Positions 38,172 to 51,715 of a stretch of DNA of 64,000 nucleotides are shown one piece after another (position 1 is the stretch's first letter; the number at the start of each line of letters is the position of its first letter). The stretch is from Octopus sinensis (taxonomy: Eukaryota), in assembly GCF_006345805.1 (NCBI RefSeq), contig NC_042997.1, forward strand, positions 1,488,001-1,552,000, in the 5' to 3' direction. The position numbers and the translations under genes were made by a program. The notes beneath the pieces were generated by a model. The model made no database searches and was not told where the DNA came from. It saw nothing but the letters and a program-made list of their open reading frames with translations.

Positions 38172-40381
38172 ATGCCGAATATTCTCAGAAATCTAGGTGA
38201 TTCTCACTTGCCTAAATAGATACTAACGGTCACACGAAGAAATATCAGAGGCAGGTAAATTCATGCTGACATTAATTTGCCTGTACTGCGGGCCTGTCAC
38301 CTTTCTCTGTTTATCGATAGCTGAAACTCTTCTGCGTGCATGTGTATTGTGATTGAGAATTGTCCATGGGAACTTTCTCTTTCAAAGGTGCCGGAACACT
38401 CCAGACATTTTCCTATTTATGAATGTGGAAAGAAATGGAAAACGATGAAATTGACAATGCAGAGCAGGAAACAATGATTCTATAGATTTCAACTTAACAG
38501 CTTTTTGTGCTGTTTCATTTAGCAATACAGGCGTGTCTAATCAATCATCCCTTATAAAGATGGGTAAAGTGGATGCTTTGGAAGAAAAGCAATCATATAA
38601 TTTGCGATAAGACACAACGAAATAAATAAAACTAAATGCAGTAAAAACTTGAAATTGGAAGCAAAATATACACTTCATTCAGGAAAAGAAAAACATCTTG
38701 TATGAAAGAGATAGCATATTTTGTGAGGAGAATGTTCTTAATTTACAACCGGAGTGAAATTCACAACAGTTTGGAACACTGCTTTGGAAATATACAAACA
38801 AAGAACGAATCGAAATGGAAAGTCATCATGTTTTATCCAACATGAAAAGACCGAATTTCGAATAAAGTTCACGGAGTGTTACATATATGTTAATGCTCCT
38901 GATGATAAGTGCCCTAGACTGCCAAATATAACCCAAGAACTTCTAGCTTGAGCATGAAGTATTCTATTATTTATAATATTGAAACTAATCAGAATGGCTG
39001 CTTAAACACAATGTTGTGATCAAAGCAAATGGTCATTAAAATTTTATATAAATATTTTGTTTTTAATAACTGTATATTTTATCGTATTTTTGTATTTTTA
39101 TAAATAATTTGTATTTATATAAATAATTTATTCCTCACATTATTTATTGTATAACATCTTTCACAACTCAACTTATCTTTTTTATATAATCTCCATTCCA
39201 CGCCATAATGGAGTTCTCTTTTTAAAATGTCTTGGCATTTTTATGTATCGCTTAGATTGTGGCTAGTCAGAAATTAGATTGTGGCTAGTCAGACATTGTG
39301 GCTAGTCAGAAATCCTTAGAATGCCCCGCGAAATATCTTGCAACATTTCATACGACTCTCAGAGTTTAAATTCCCCTTCAGTGAACTTAGGCTTCATCCC
39401 CCACAGTGATAAGGTAATGGTATCTTTGTAATCGTCTACTCCGCTCTCTCTCTCTCTCTTGAAAACTGTTGAACAAGGGCTTAAATTAGAAACAGTTATT
39501 ATTTCAGAAATACCTATGTGTAAGTTGGAAGATATCATGATCTGTACATCGCTGGACAAAATGTCAAAAGTTAGATACATCCTGTTACTCTCTCAATTCA
39601 GAATCAACAGGGATGTATTTTATCTGTGGTGCGTCATATCAATTAATAAACATTCTATATTCATTTCATATGCTATGCGTAGCTCTAAAAATGCTTTGAA
39701 ATCCTTGTTATTATAGAATTGTTTTAGAGTGTTTTCATCTCTTTCGAATAGAGACTTTATATGCATATATTTTCATTAAAAAAAAAACACAAAGCAAAAT
39801 ACTAGTTTAATGTCAAAGCAATGAAATTGTAAATATTTGAATAATAGGAAGCAGGAATTTTAAATTTCTTTTGTCTATATGTACCATTGCGCTAAATTCT
39901 AATTGAAATGTTACTTTAAAATCACAAAGATGTCGTAACCATAGCGACTATTAAGTATTTGAAAATAAGTAATTGCATTCTGTTTTATTTGTGACGCTGC
40001 CATTGTCAATCGTGCTGTTTTTACAGTTATTCATATTATCCACTTCATTTTTTTTCCTTCTGTTTATTGTTACAGTTTTTAATAATCTCTGACGCTGATT
40101 GTCATAGTCCTGGTATTGTCTGAGCTGTTGTTGTTGTTGTTATGATTGTGTTTGTTACATTTGCATAGACACCTTGTTGTGGCAGTTGCTGCTGTTGTTA
40201 TTGTTGCAGTTTTATATATGTTTTGCAGTATCAATATCAAAGGAGTTTTACGTTTGAAATTGAGTTTTGAACAATTTATTTACTTTTATTTAATTTTGTC
40301 CTCAAGATACGGCAATCAAAAATATTTTCGGTTTTCGATATTTATTATTCATCCTTTCATTGATTTATTCATTTATACATT

Positions 40382-40412
<31 letters not shown>

Positions 40413-40615
40413 CTCCTCCTCCTCATCATCATCATCATCCCCATCCTCCTCCTCCTCCTCCTCATCATCATCATCATCATCACCACCACCACCACCATCA
40501 TCGTCATCATCATCATCCTCATCATCATCATCATCACCATCCTCCTCCTCCTCATCATCATCATCACCATCTTCATCACCATCATCGTCGTCGTCGTCGT
40601 CACCCTCCTCCTCCC
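40382..40615. repeat. (CAT)n/(CCT)n/(CAC)n compound trinucleotide repeat
   Basis: Visible runs; explains ORFs 40146..40778 and 40373..40618. Confidence 0.96.
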
Positions 40616-41770
40616 CATTATTTATTTATTTGTACTTGCTCTTATTGATATTTGTATTCTTCACATTAGTATTGCAGTTGCTTTATTTTTTAAAAAATTA
40701 TTGATAGTCTTATTTATTCATTTAATTACTATATTATTCCAAATAGTGTATTTTATTTCAGATTGCTTTTTTTTTTAGGGCATTTTGTCTTATACATTAT
40801 TATTCAAACAAAATTTTTAAAATGATGTTTTCGTAATGCTTATTTATTATCTTTCGTTTATGTCATATTAGATGTTGTTTTGCTGTTTTTAGCTTAAGCA
40901 TTTACCGTATATTTGGAGCCGTATCTAAATTTATTGTTGTTGTGTTTATTGATATTTCTCATGTTGTTCATTTGAGTATTATATAAAATTCACTAAAATA
41001 TTAAAAATGTTCTAAAGAATGGCCTGTAATTAATGGAGTATATATGTGTGAGATATTCTATTATGAGCTACGTTAATTTTATATACGTTTTGAGTGGTTG
41101 ATTTAATATTTCCATCTCTATACGTTTTCTATTGTAGTATTTGGCACACATATTTACATACAGGTACACATATATATCCACCTACTTACGTATGTATGTA
41201 TGTATTCATATATGCATGCATGTATGTGTGCCTGTATGAACGTATGAATTTATGTATGTATGTATGTATGTATATATGTATGTATGTATGTATGTATGAA
41301 TGCATATATGTATTTGTGTATGTATTTATGTATGTATATTTATGATGTGGATTGTTATTGTTTTTTAATTTTTAATGTGAATATTAAGTGGATATTTTCC
41401 ATATCGATACATACAAAAATGTGTTTTTATTAAATTTAATATCTGAAAATTAAATAATCATTGGAAACTACACACTGCACACATATAGATTACTGCTGCG
41501 TGCTTGCATGTGTAGAAATATTGGTCTTGAGGGAAGGAATAATAATAATCTATTCATATATGTGCTGAAGCATATTTGTGCAGTATGGTTATATCACCAT
41601 TGATTTAATATATTGGCAAATTACATCACTTTCTCGAAGGTTGCATGAATTCATAATTTTATTCACCTTAAAACAGAAATTAAGTGCTACTTGCAATATC
41701 TCGGCTTGTATTGTTATTTTCCCTTCTTTTTCCATGTTATCTTTCTTTCTCCCTCTAACCATATACGCTC

Positions 41771-41857
<87 letters not shown>

Positions 41858-42360
41858 TGTTTGTAGAATATGGGGGGTTTAGTTCACTGGTGATCTAAAC
41901 GAATAAGTACGCTGTATAAGGGCTATAATTGGTCATCCGTTAGTTTCAAAGTTCACAACTGAGGCTGGTGCAAGGAATTCGTAGTAGATGGCCCACAGTA
42001 TCTCGGAACGTTTGTGGATTTGGGGTAATCCATAGAAATTGCTCTCTTTGATTATGGACTTGCATAAGTATTCCTTTTTATTTATCTGTGAAGGAGTCCT
42101 GGTATTCTTAAATTAATGTTCTGATTTTATTCAGGGTTGTTGAAATTCCAGATGATATTGAGAACTCCGTCTAATAGAATTCGTTGACAAGAAAGTAGAG
42201 GAAGAATCAATTGCAAGAAAAAATCTCATTTCACTCCTTACAAGAGGAGTGATAATCACCTAGAGACATATGTATATAGAAAATCTCTCTCGGTACCCAT
42301 AAATGAAAACAAATCCTCCATGAAGGAGAAAATGAAGCCTTACAATGACCAAAGAACGAC

Positions 42361-43290
42361 AATTCAGTCATCCTATAGGAAGCCGACAAGGGATGTGCGA
42401 TACTAATCATGGACACAGACTACAACAGAGAAAAATAACTAAAAATGTTAACAGATAAAATAACCACAATAGCTCCGAGATACAGTGGGCCGCAAATGAA
42501 CAGAGGAGTCAAATGTAAAAATACGAAGACCCACAAACCTCAAAATGAAACCGATAGTTGCTGGAGTCCAAGCCCCAACACAACAATTTAGTCGCCTCTT
42601 GGATATACTCCTCAAACACTTATGTCCATTAATACCCAGATATATACGGGATGACATGGACTTTCTCAAACACATTTCAAATACAGTCCCAAGTTTTGCC
42701 GTCACTAACCTCTATCCCAACTACCACTGATGACTGAAAGTGGTCAAACACTGGCTAGAGAAACACTGTGGCTGTAAAGATCAACGTTTCAAAACAGCCT
42801 TCATTACCAAAGCCACACGTATAGTACTAGAAGAAAACACCTTCAGATTTGATAATAAGATATACCGACCGATCAAGGGCACGGCTATGGATATTAAATT
42901 TGCACCCTCATATGCCAACCTAGTCATGGATTGCCTAGGAGGTAGACTTTATGATGAGGTACGAAAAACTTTGATCACAACTTCAAAATAAAAAAAAAAC
43001 ATGGGAAGATGTGGAAGCGCTACCTCGATACCTGCTCCATTTTGGGGGATAAACCAAAGGAAGACCTACAAACATTTCACTACACCTTCAACAAACTGCA
43101 CCCATCTATCAAATTCACAACAGAAACCAGCTACAAAGAACTACCATTCTTAAATATTCACATGAAAATACACAACTCTACTGTCACAACAAACACATTT
43201 TACAAAAGAACGGGGACACACCAATATTTAAATTTCTATTCTTGCCATCCCCCACACATCAAAAGGAACATCTCATACAACATGGCAGGA
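42361..43290 (+). mobile_element. Decayed PLE reverse transcriptase fragment (Neptune-like)
   Basis: Motifs: EADKGCAILIMD; MKPIVAGVQAPTQQFSRLLDILLK..YIRDDMDFL; NTFRFDNKIYRPIKGTAMDIKFAPSYANLVM; WKRYLDT; FNKLHPSIKFT..LPFLNI; FYKRTGTHQYLNFYSCHPPHIKRNISY. No EN domain seen downstream. Confidence 0.9.
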
Positions 43291-43689
43291 CAAGACGCAT
43301 CTGCACTTATAAATAACGATCCAAACTTCCGAAAAAACAACAACATGTAGCTACAATTCATAAAGAAGTTCGCACAAAAAATAAATGCTTGAATAAAAAA
43401 AGAAACATATGGAAATAAGTGAAGAAAAATATCAGAGTTTAGGATATAACCAAAAGAAAACAGCCAACCAGAAATAGATGGCTTTGGAAATAAAAATGTG
43501 ATAGCGTTGTGTATTACCTTTTATTTAAAAAAAGAAATTCATTTTTGCAGTCTGAAGGACACATACTCGGACAAAAATCAAGAGTAGTGGCTTAAACGAC
43601 CAAAACGTTCCAAATGTATTTAACCACAGTGATGAATCTTTAATTATTTTAATTACTTATTTCTGAAAAAATAAAATCATAATGTTCTC

Positions 43690-43980
43690 TTATGTATGTG
43701 TGGTGTGTGTATGTGAGCACAAATATGAAGATGTACATATATAGACGCCTTTGTGTGTGTGTATGTGTGTGTATGTATATGTGTGTATGTGTGTGTATGT
43801 ATATGTATGTATGGTTGCGCGCATGTGTATGTGTGTATGTGTATATATGTATGTGTGTGTGATGGTGTTTGTGTGTATATATGTATGTGTATCTGTGTGT
43901 GTGAGGGTGTTTGTGTGTATATATGTATGTGTATCTGTGTGTGTGTGGGTGTTTGTGTGTATATATGTATGTGTATATAT
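43690..43980. repeat. Degenerate (TG)n/(TATG)n microsatellite
   Basis: Visible runs. Confidence 0.92.
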
Positions 43981-44492
43981 AATTGCTGTGTGGGAGTATA
44001 GTGAACTCAAAAATCAATCTTTCGAAATAATCTAGACTTTCAATCAGAAAAGTTTGACCACATCCATTCTGCTTTAATTTAATGAACACAAAAGAGGAAG
44101 TCCTGGAAATGCAATTATAATTTTCCCCGAAGAAAGTCAAAAACAACATCTTGTTTTTCAATTAACCTCAAGCAATTCAAATACAAAAAATGGTTTTCCT
44201 TTTTCTTCTTTTTCTTCCCTCACCTTAAAAAGCTACTAAGTACTAAGCAAACAAGTCTGAGCAAACAAAAGCCACGCCTCTTTACCTCCCCCACCTTCTC
44301 CAAAGATTTTGTTCTTTATTATTCCTTGCTTGGCAAACCCCAGAAAATACTTTATACAGTTTTGGTAAGTCCGGTAGCGGAAGAAAGCGGTAATAATGTG
44401 AATAAGATGTAAATAAATATTAGAAATATATATATATATAACCATCCAACATTCTGACTTCCTTATTATTCTCTCTCTCTCTCTCTCTCTCT

Positions 44493-44528
<36 letters not shown>

Positions 44529-44535
<7 letters not shown>

Positions 44536-44596
44536 ATGTTGTGTTCAACTCACGAATACCCAAACAACTAGGCGACACACCTTCACACACACACAC

Positions 44597-44656
<60 letters not shown>

Positions 44657-44722
44657 GTGTGTGTGTGAAGGTGTGTCGCCTAGTTGTTTGGGTATTCGTG
44701 AGTTGAACACAACATTTTATTT
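44529..44722. repeat. Near-perfect 194-bp palindrome centred on (TA)n
   Basis: 44529-44600 is the reverse complement of 44652-44722 apart from one CA unit. The spacer is self-complementary (TA)n. Confidence 0.95.
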
Positions 44723-44944
44723 CACGTTGCTCCAGTCCACTCAGCTGACAAGAATGAGTAGTACATTTATTTCAAAGGGATAGCCGTGTCACACTTTGTG
44801 TCACGCTGACCCTCCTGGAAAGCTGCGTTAAGCGTACGCGCGTCTGTAGACTGCTCAACCACTAGCACGTTAATTTCATGGGCAAGCTGTTCCGTTAATC
44901 GCATCAGCTGGGACCCTCGTCGTCGTAAGTGACGGAGTGCTCCA
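44665..44944 (+). mobile_element. tRNA-derived SINE family E with internally deleted head
   Basis: Core ttttatttcacgttgctccagtccactcagctg related to family D. The 3' end gtcgtcgtaagtgacggagtgctcca is followed by (TACA)n. Confidence 0.75.
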
Positions 44945-45189
44945 AATACATACATACATACATACATACATACATACATACATACATACATACGCACGGA
45001 CGGACAGACGGACGGATGGACGGACGGACAGACGGACAGACAGACAGACGGACGGACGGACGGACAGAGAGAGAGAGACAGACAGACAGACAAACCTCTC
45101 CAAGATTCAGCTGTTTAACAGCGTCAGAAATAATAAAGCGTCAAAAACATGTTCAAGGAAATTATTCAGTTTAAGTTCTGAATTCTTTT

Positions 45190-45355
45190 AGGGGAGCAAG
45201 CTAGTCGATTAATTCGATCTCAGTGCTCAGGTGGTACTTATTTCTCTGACCTCCAAAAGATGCAATGCAAAGTCCACCTCGGCTGAATTGGAAATGAGAA
45301 AATACAAACGGATGAAATAGGAGTAAGCATTGTCCACCTTGCTAACGATTCTTGC
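45190..45355 (-). mobile_element. SINE family B, old diverged copy
   Basis: tcgatctcagtgctcaggtggtacttattt..gacctccaaaagatgcaatgcaaagtccacctcggc aligns with 32250-32335. Confidence 0.65.
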
Positions 45356-45718
45356 ACATTTACATACACACAGTCTGATGTATGTAGTCTTCTGAAACTC
45401 TTTGTCTTGAGTGACGTATTTAATATTAAATCTCATTATATTCTACAAATATTATATCATACATATACACACATATAGGTAAGATCCGCGGATACAATCG
45501 TAGAAAGTTTGCAAGCTTCAAGCAGTCTGTGGTAGATATACCAAAAAGAAAAAGAACAATTTATTGACGTCCAATGTTACACAATTTTGCCCATATTGAA
45601 GTTACGAGGAAATTCAATAATCTGAAAGTTTCTGTATAGCGCACGGTTAGCAACCGGAGTGGCTATGGTTGCGAATTAAAATCGAAAATGAAGGAGTGGA
45701 TCGGGTAAAATCGCTGTT

Positions 45719-46085
45719 TTGTGTCCCTTAGAAAATAAATGCCTTGCTGAAAATATCCTGTATAGATGCACAGTCTCCAGGGAGGAACCCAAGTTTCTAT
45801 ATAGAGGCTCGTGCAGTACCACTTTCAAGGCCAGTATTAGAAATCATTACTGTAGCTTTAAATCTCAACTGAAAACTAACAGTACATCTCTATCTACGCT
45901 CTTTCATTTCGCTGTTGTATGCAATATGAAATGGTCCATCGTCACGCAGGCCAAACCGTGCAACGTTATAAGAGTAAATGTGATCTCTGATTTGCAGATG
46001 TTCTTTCAATTATAGAATGCATGAACTGCTTAAACGGATTGACCTTATGCTTAAATATAGGCAAAAATCTTATAACACATTCTTA
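45719..46085 (+). mobile_element. Degenerate PLE GIY-YIG endonuclease fragment
   Basis: CPLENKCLAENILYRCTV..FLYRGSCSTTFKASIRNHYCSFKS..NSTSLST..MKWSIVTQAKP, then after a frameshift KCDL*FADVLSII. Confidence 0.88.
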
Positions 46086-47513
46086 AGATACAGATCCTAG
46101 CGTCTCACCGACATATACCCCTATCTAATCTTCATATGTGTGTATGTGTGTGTACATGTGCTTCTGGGTGAGTATGCGTGCGTGTGATTTAATCAAACAA
46201 TCAAATTCCATTATAGTCCAGTTTTCACATTAACATTTTGTACTTCATCTGTTACTGTTTTACAATATTTTAACTGATTTCATGTTTTATAATAATCTTC
46301 ACGTAAATATTTATATTATTTTGGTTTATGTTATTTTCATTCATCTTCTGATAGACTCCAACAGGCTGAATCTTAAGAACGCTATTTTAACTAACTAGTG
46401 TGTCGTCTAGGAAGCATGGTTTATTGAACGCGATGAAAGAGTTGACATTAAAGCAGCGTTATTTCTAGAAACCTCTCAACTATTCATTGAGATCGTTGGA
46501 TAACTTTGCTACAACCAAATATTGAGAAGCAGCTGATACTACAAACGATAGCAACGACTTTAAAAGGGGTGTGGCTTTAGGTTGAGAGGAGATCAAGCAT
46601 AGGCTCCTGACAGAGTATACTATTATGTGAAATGCAATTATGCAAAATGATTCACTAGTTATAGCATTTTGGAAAATAGTAATATTTCAGGCAAATTTCC
46701 CCGATGGTATTTAATTCAAAGATTATCAACAGATTCTGATCTCTTGTGAGCAAGTAGCTGAATTTAGTATCATTCGCAAAAAGCTTTGCACCCAATACGC
46801 ATCGTCTGTCTGTCCAAGATACGAGAAGTTTTGTGTAACCGTTTTGCAGACAAACACTAGGAAGAAATCGGGAAGGAGGTAAGTGGTAATTCGAGAGGCT
46901 AGAAACAGCAGCCACTGCATTTCCATTTAAAGTCTATCAAATCAGGCGTTGCAACGTTCGATAATATAATTTTAGATACATATAAGTGATAAGAGTGTAT
47001 CGTCAAAGTAATCGTGGCGTGATTATAGCGAAAATGCAACGCATGTACACCGTTTACTGAGAACTTGTGTTATATGTTGATCAGTTCCTGCATCCGTGTG
47101 AATTCTCTTCTGGCTTCATCGCTGAGTTACTTCTGATATACCTTTTCTGTTGTTAGTTCTGTGAGTTTTCGACATTTATAAAGGCAAATGGAAGAGATAT
47201 GAAATATTTTGCAAATAATTTAAATAAATAAATATAAAAAGGCAAACTGCTGGATACATATAATGCCCAACTCATTCCCCGTTAGATACAAGATCCGTAA
47301 TTTATGTGGACACTTACGATTTTTTTGTTTACACTCTGAAAAAACCAGACTTCTTTTCAGAACCTTGATACAAATGTTAATTATGAACTGTTGTATGGAC
47401 GCCTCCAGACGATGAAATAGGCTAGCCCAATACGTAGATACAGAGGGAGAAGCTTTAGACGTCAGGAAGAGACGAGTAGTAGAGCAGGAGTAGAGGTCAT
47501 CCGAACGTGTGAC

Positions 47514-47630
47514 ATAACAGTGGCGACGAGGATTTCGTAGTTCACACAGCCACTGAGTAGTATTGCGATATAACAGTGGTGACGATGATTTCTTAGCTCA
47601 CACAGCCACTGTATAGTATTGCGATATAAC
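47514..47630. repeat. 56-bp tandem repeat, two diverged copies
   Basis: ataacagtgg starts at 47514 and 47570. Each unit is bounded by cagtgg/ccactg. Confidence 0.88.
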
Positions 47631-49475
47631 ATGAACAAAGAAAATCCTTTGAAGTTAAATACTAATGAGTATATTTTCACTGGCAGACTCTTGTATTGAT
47701 TATGAAGAATATTTTAACGCCCAAGACAATATCATATGAAATAAGTTGAATGGCATTTTAACGCACGACAAAATATCATATGGAAGAAGTTGAATGACAT
47801 TGATTTCATAAACTACAAGATATGAGAAAAAATATGGCTCATTTACATAAGAAAACAAGCCAGTTTTAAAGAGGGAAAGTTTTGTTTCGAGCATCCCATA
47901 TGAAACTGCTAGCATGCCTTTCTCAAGCGTTGTTTGCGACAAATGGCGACGAACACAAGCGAATGACTATTCCATGATACACTAAAGACATATGAGGCCA
48001 ATGATTACAACACGTATTCAAATATGTTGACAAAGGAAAATTAAAGACATCTGTCACACCCAAACACACTTGTATATTCATGCATTAATGATAAAATTGC
48101 CCAGAATCTCGTTCATTGCTCTGGATTGGGAAAATGGGACGGCATGCATAGTTTTCACATCTGAGAACAGAATAAGAAAGCAGGCAGCTAGTGAATCATA
48201 CATCTAACAGATAAAGGTACTGCACTCTATGATGCAGATCATGAAGAAGGAAATTGTGTTGAATATTGATTCCTCGTTTGCCATCTCTATTTTAGCATAG
48301 CATAAGAAGGTTGTAAATGCCCCTAAAACCGTGAAATATATATAGACGGGAGGGAACTGTATAGACAACAAAGTTTTCATAAACAAAAAGGTGGGTAAGA
48401 AAAGTACATAGATGTTCCCTGATATTTATGATGGCAGAAAAACCATTAGGCCATGGACTAGAGAAGGTCATGGTACACCCCTTTCTGACTTACTTTACTG
48501 AGCATTTTCATGTAGCCGTGTGACTAACAAGTAAGAACATTGATAATGCCAGCAAGAAACAAAAAAAAAAGGCTGGAAGACACCACGCCCAATTTTACAG
48601 CTGCAGGCAGAAAATTAGGGGTATAGAAACTTCAAACATCTCTAAAATTGCAACTCTTCACCAAATTATTTCAACGGACTACTTAAAATGATTGCATGGT
48701 CATCATCTACAGGTTCACGCAAATGATAAGCAAATTTGTTCTGTACATGTAAATAGCCATTAAAGAAATCATACGTAGAGTACACCATGATACTTCTAGC
48801 TCGTGATCTATATTTGCAAATCACGAGTCTATGCACCTCGAGCAACCATAGCAGCCTGAATGGTTGTCACAACCTCCCCGTTCTTGGTTGCGATGAAAAA
48901 GAGTCGCTCGCCACTGGCAACAACTAGTAGACGCTCTGTTTCTGTTTCAAAGTTTCAAGACAGCACAGAAAGTAAGTAATGAATGGTCACACGCAGAATA
49001 GTAAGTGGGGTAAATATTTATCACAGCAGTATGAATGAATTTCAAATCCAATATTCCTTGCGATGACAATTCCATCAATCTTTGAGAATGCATGAAGTTC
49101 ATATACTTTCGAATAGCTAAACAGAAATGTTATACATAATTCGAATGAACCAGCGGAAAGTGGAAAGGAAACAGTAATATGCGGCTTTACATGATGGATT
49201 ACTGGGAAGTGGAACGCAGATCCAATATACTGGTGGTATGAAAGATATTACTCCTCAGTACATTAGCTGCTGTTTGTCAACACAGTGATCTAGCAGAATC
49301 ATAAACACGAAGAACAAATGTTTTATGGTATTTCTTAAAGCGCTTCACGTTCTGAGTGTAAATATTGGACTAGATGAATCTATTTTCCCCCCTTTTATAT
49401 TCCAATTCTGCCTGTGGAGCATTGCCTGAGATATACACACACACGCGCGTCCGCATACTCAAACAAATATTTATT

Positions 49476-49527
<52 letters not shown>

Positions 49528-49581
49528 CACATATATATATATATATATACATATAAATATATATATACATACATGCATACA

Positions 49582-49634
<53 letters not shown>

Positions 49635-49644
49635 GTATAATCTT

Positions 49645-49790
49645 CTACTCTTTTATTATTTTACTTGTTTCAGATATTTGTCTGCGGCTGTGCTGGGGCA
49701 CCGCCTTTAGTCGAGCAAATCGACCCCAGGACTTAATATTTGGACGCTTAGTACTTATTCTATCGGTCTCTTTTTGCCGAATCACTAAGC
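49645..49790 (-). mobile_element. SINE family A 3' fragment
   Basis: ttttacttgtttcag..gcaccgcctttagtcgagcaaatcgaccccaggactta..gtacttattctatcggtctc. Confidence 0.88.
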
Positions 49791-49792
49791 AT

Positions 49793-49824
<32 letters not shown>

Positions 49825-49825
49825 A

Positions 49826-49870
<45 letters not shown>

Positions 49871-50067
49871 CATGTATTTCAAGTGCACGTCTGTCATCTT
49901 TTTGTCACTGTTTCTCTCTCACTCCCTACCTCACTCTCTCTCCTCTCAATTTCTATATATATATATATATGTGTGCACGAGTAAGTCGACAAACGAAAGC
50001 GAAAGACAGTTCAAACTGTTTTAAATAATATGTGTTTGTGTATGTGTGTGTATGTGTGTGTGCGAGT

Positions 50068-50170
50068 TGTTGAAATTTACCGAAAACAGAAGACGAAGAC
50101 AGGTGTGTAAACAACAAACTGGTGTATTAATTTAACGCTCGGGAAGATGAGAAAGTCTTTTACTTGTCCA
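50068..50170 (-). mobile_element. Truncated copy of the pLTR-like repeat of 25133/57370
   Basis: Reverse complement aaagactttctcatcttcccgagcgttaaattaatacaccagtttgttgtttacacacctgtcttcgtcttctgttttcggtaaattt aligns with the 3' half of the other copies. Confidence 0.75.
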
Positions 50171-51649
50171 TCCTATCATATATATATATGCATATGTTGG
50201 TCGGTAGGTAGGTAGTTAGGAAGATAGTTAGGTAGCTTTGGTAGGTTATTAGATAGGTAGATAGGTCGGTAGGTAGTTAGGTAGGTAGGTATACATTCAT
50301 GTATATAAATATAAGTGTGCGATATGAAACAACACCGCATATATCAAGAATATAAAATCAGCAATCATATGCGATTATACTATGAAAGAAACACCGTTCC
50401 TCGAAACCGTTCTGAGAAAATCAATAATGAAAGACTGTGCGTGCACAGAACCACATTCACGCCAGGATAAGTTATCCGTAACCATGTCACTCATAACACT
50501 TTCGGTGTGATGGTACACCGTGGCCTGGTATTCTACTGGCCGTTTTGATGTCATTTGAGGCTACGGATAAAGCATGCCACTACAAGCATTCAATATTTTC
50601 TCCAATCTGAAAACAACAAATGTCCCGGCCACGTGCACGATGGTGAAAATCTCCAAATCCTCGTATAATTTCACAAGCGCATAACTCATTGCTTAACAAC
50701 AGCAACAACAGTAGCTACTAGTAAAACTTTCACCACCATATTTTCAGCTGAAAATCTCCCCTGTAATCGGCCTGACTATCATTAAATTATTTCCATATAT
50801 TCCTATTTTAAGAATTGCGGATGTCTTTGAACGTCTGACCGTGAAAATGCATAACTGAATGATACGTTACATACTTTCGTTATTTTAACAGGTGTTTGAG
50901 ATTACCAGAAAAATCAAAAATTCATACTAACCAATCTTACAGTATATAATATACATACATAAATACACACACACATACATACATACATACATACATACAT
51001 ACATACATACATACATACAATAATATATACATTTGCATACTTACATACATATTCATGCATACATACATGTATTTAATTGTCGAGCAAGTATACTTAATGA
51101 ATGTATATCTTTTATATAAGGTCGGTTAATATAGCGGATGTTTACTATTGGACGAGTGGGAAATAATCTGTTATAGCTGTTGTCCTTCTCCTCTTAGGTG
51201 CTGATCCGAGCATCAATATATAACATTTCATACGTAATACTTTCTTAACTTAGTCATACTTCATAAGTCTATTACTCACATTATTTTGAAGCAACCCACG
51301 GGAAATCAGTAATCTAGAACCCATCAATATTATTATTCTTTATTGACTTATGCTTCTAAACATATATCAACACAATATTGCCATTGGAAATTCTGTACAC
51401 CAATGAAAATAAATACTACAAATCATTGATATTTGAGCATGAAGTTATATTTTAAAACCAGTTATTTATCGAGGCTTACTGAATCCCAATGTTTCATTGC
51501 TCACAGACAATATTGTATTTATATATATATGTATGTATGTATGCATGTATGTATAGTATGTAACTATTCTTGTATATGTATATATATGTACGCATGTATG
51601 TATATGTCTGCGTATCTGTTTTGTATGTTTGTTGAAGTGTGCATCTGCA

Positions 51650-51715
<66 letters not shown>

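Noticed and set aside
38895-38930. CTGATGA near ORF 38754..38951
   Set aside because: No downstream GAAA or pairing helices.
39255-39312. Three ~20-bp direct repeats (attgtggctagtcaga)
   Set aside because: Simple local tandem duplication without unique spacers; not a CRISPR array.
40146-40778. 210-aa hydrophobic ORF
   Set aside because: Produced by the (CAT)n/(CCT)n repeat plus AT-rich flanks.
46850-46878. AG..GTAAGT-bounded 29-nt micro-exon (similar 19-nt case at 48953-48971)
   Set aside because: Weak acceptor tracts and non-symmetric lengths; such matches arise by chance in 64 kb.
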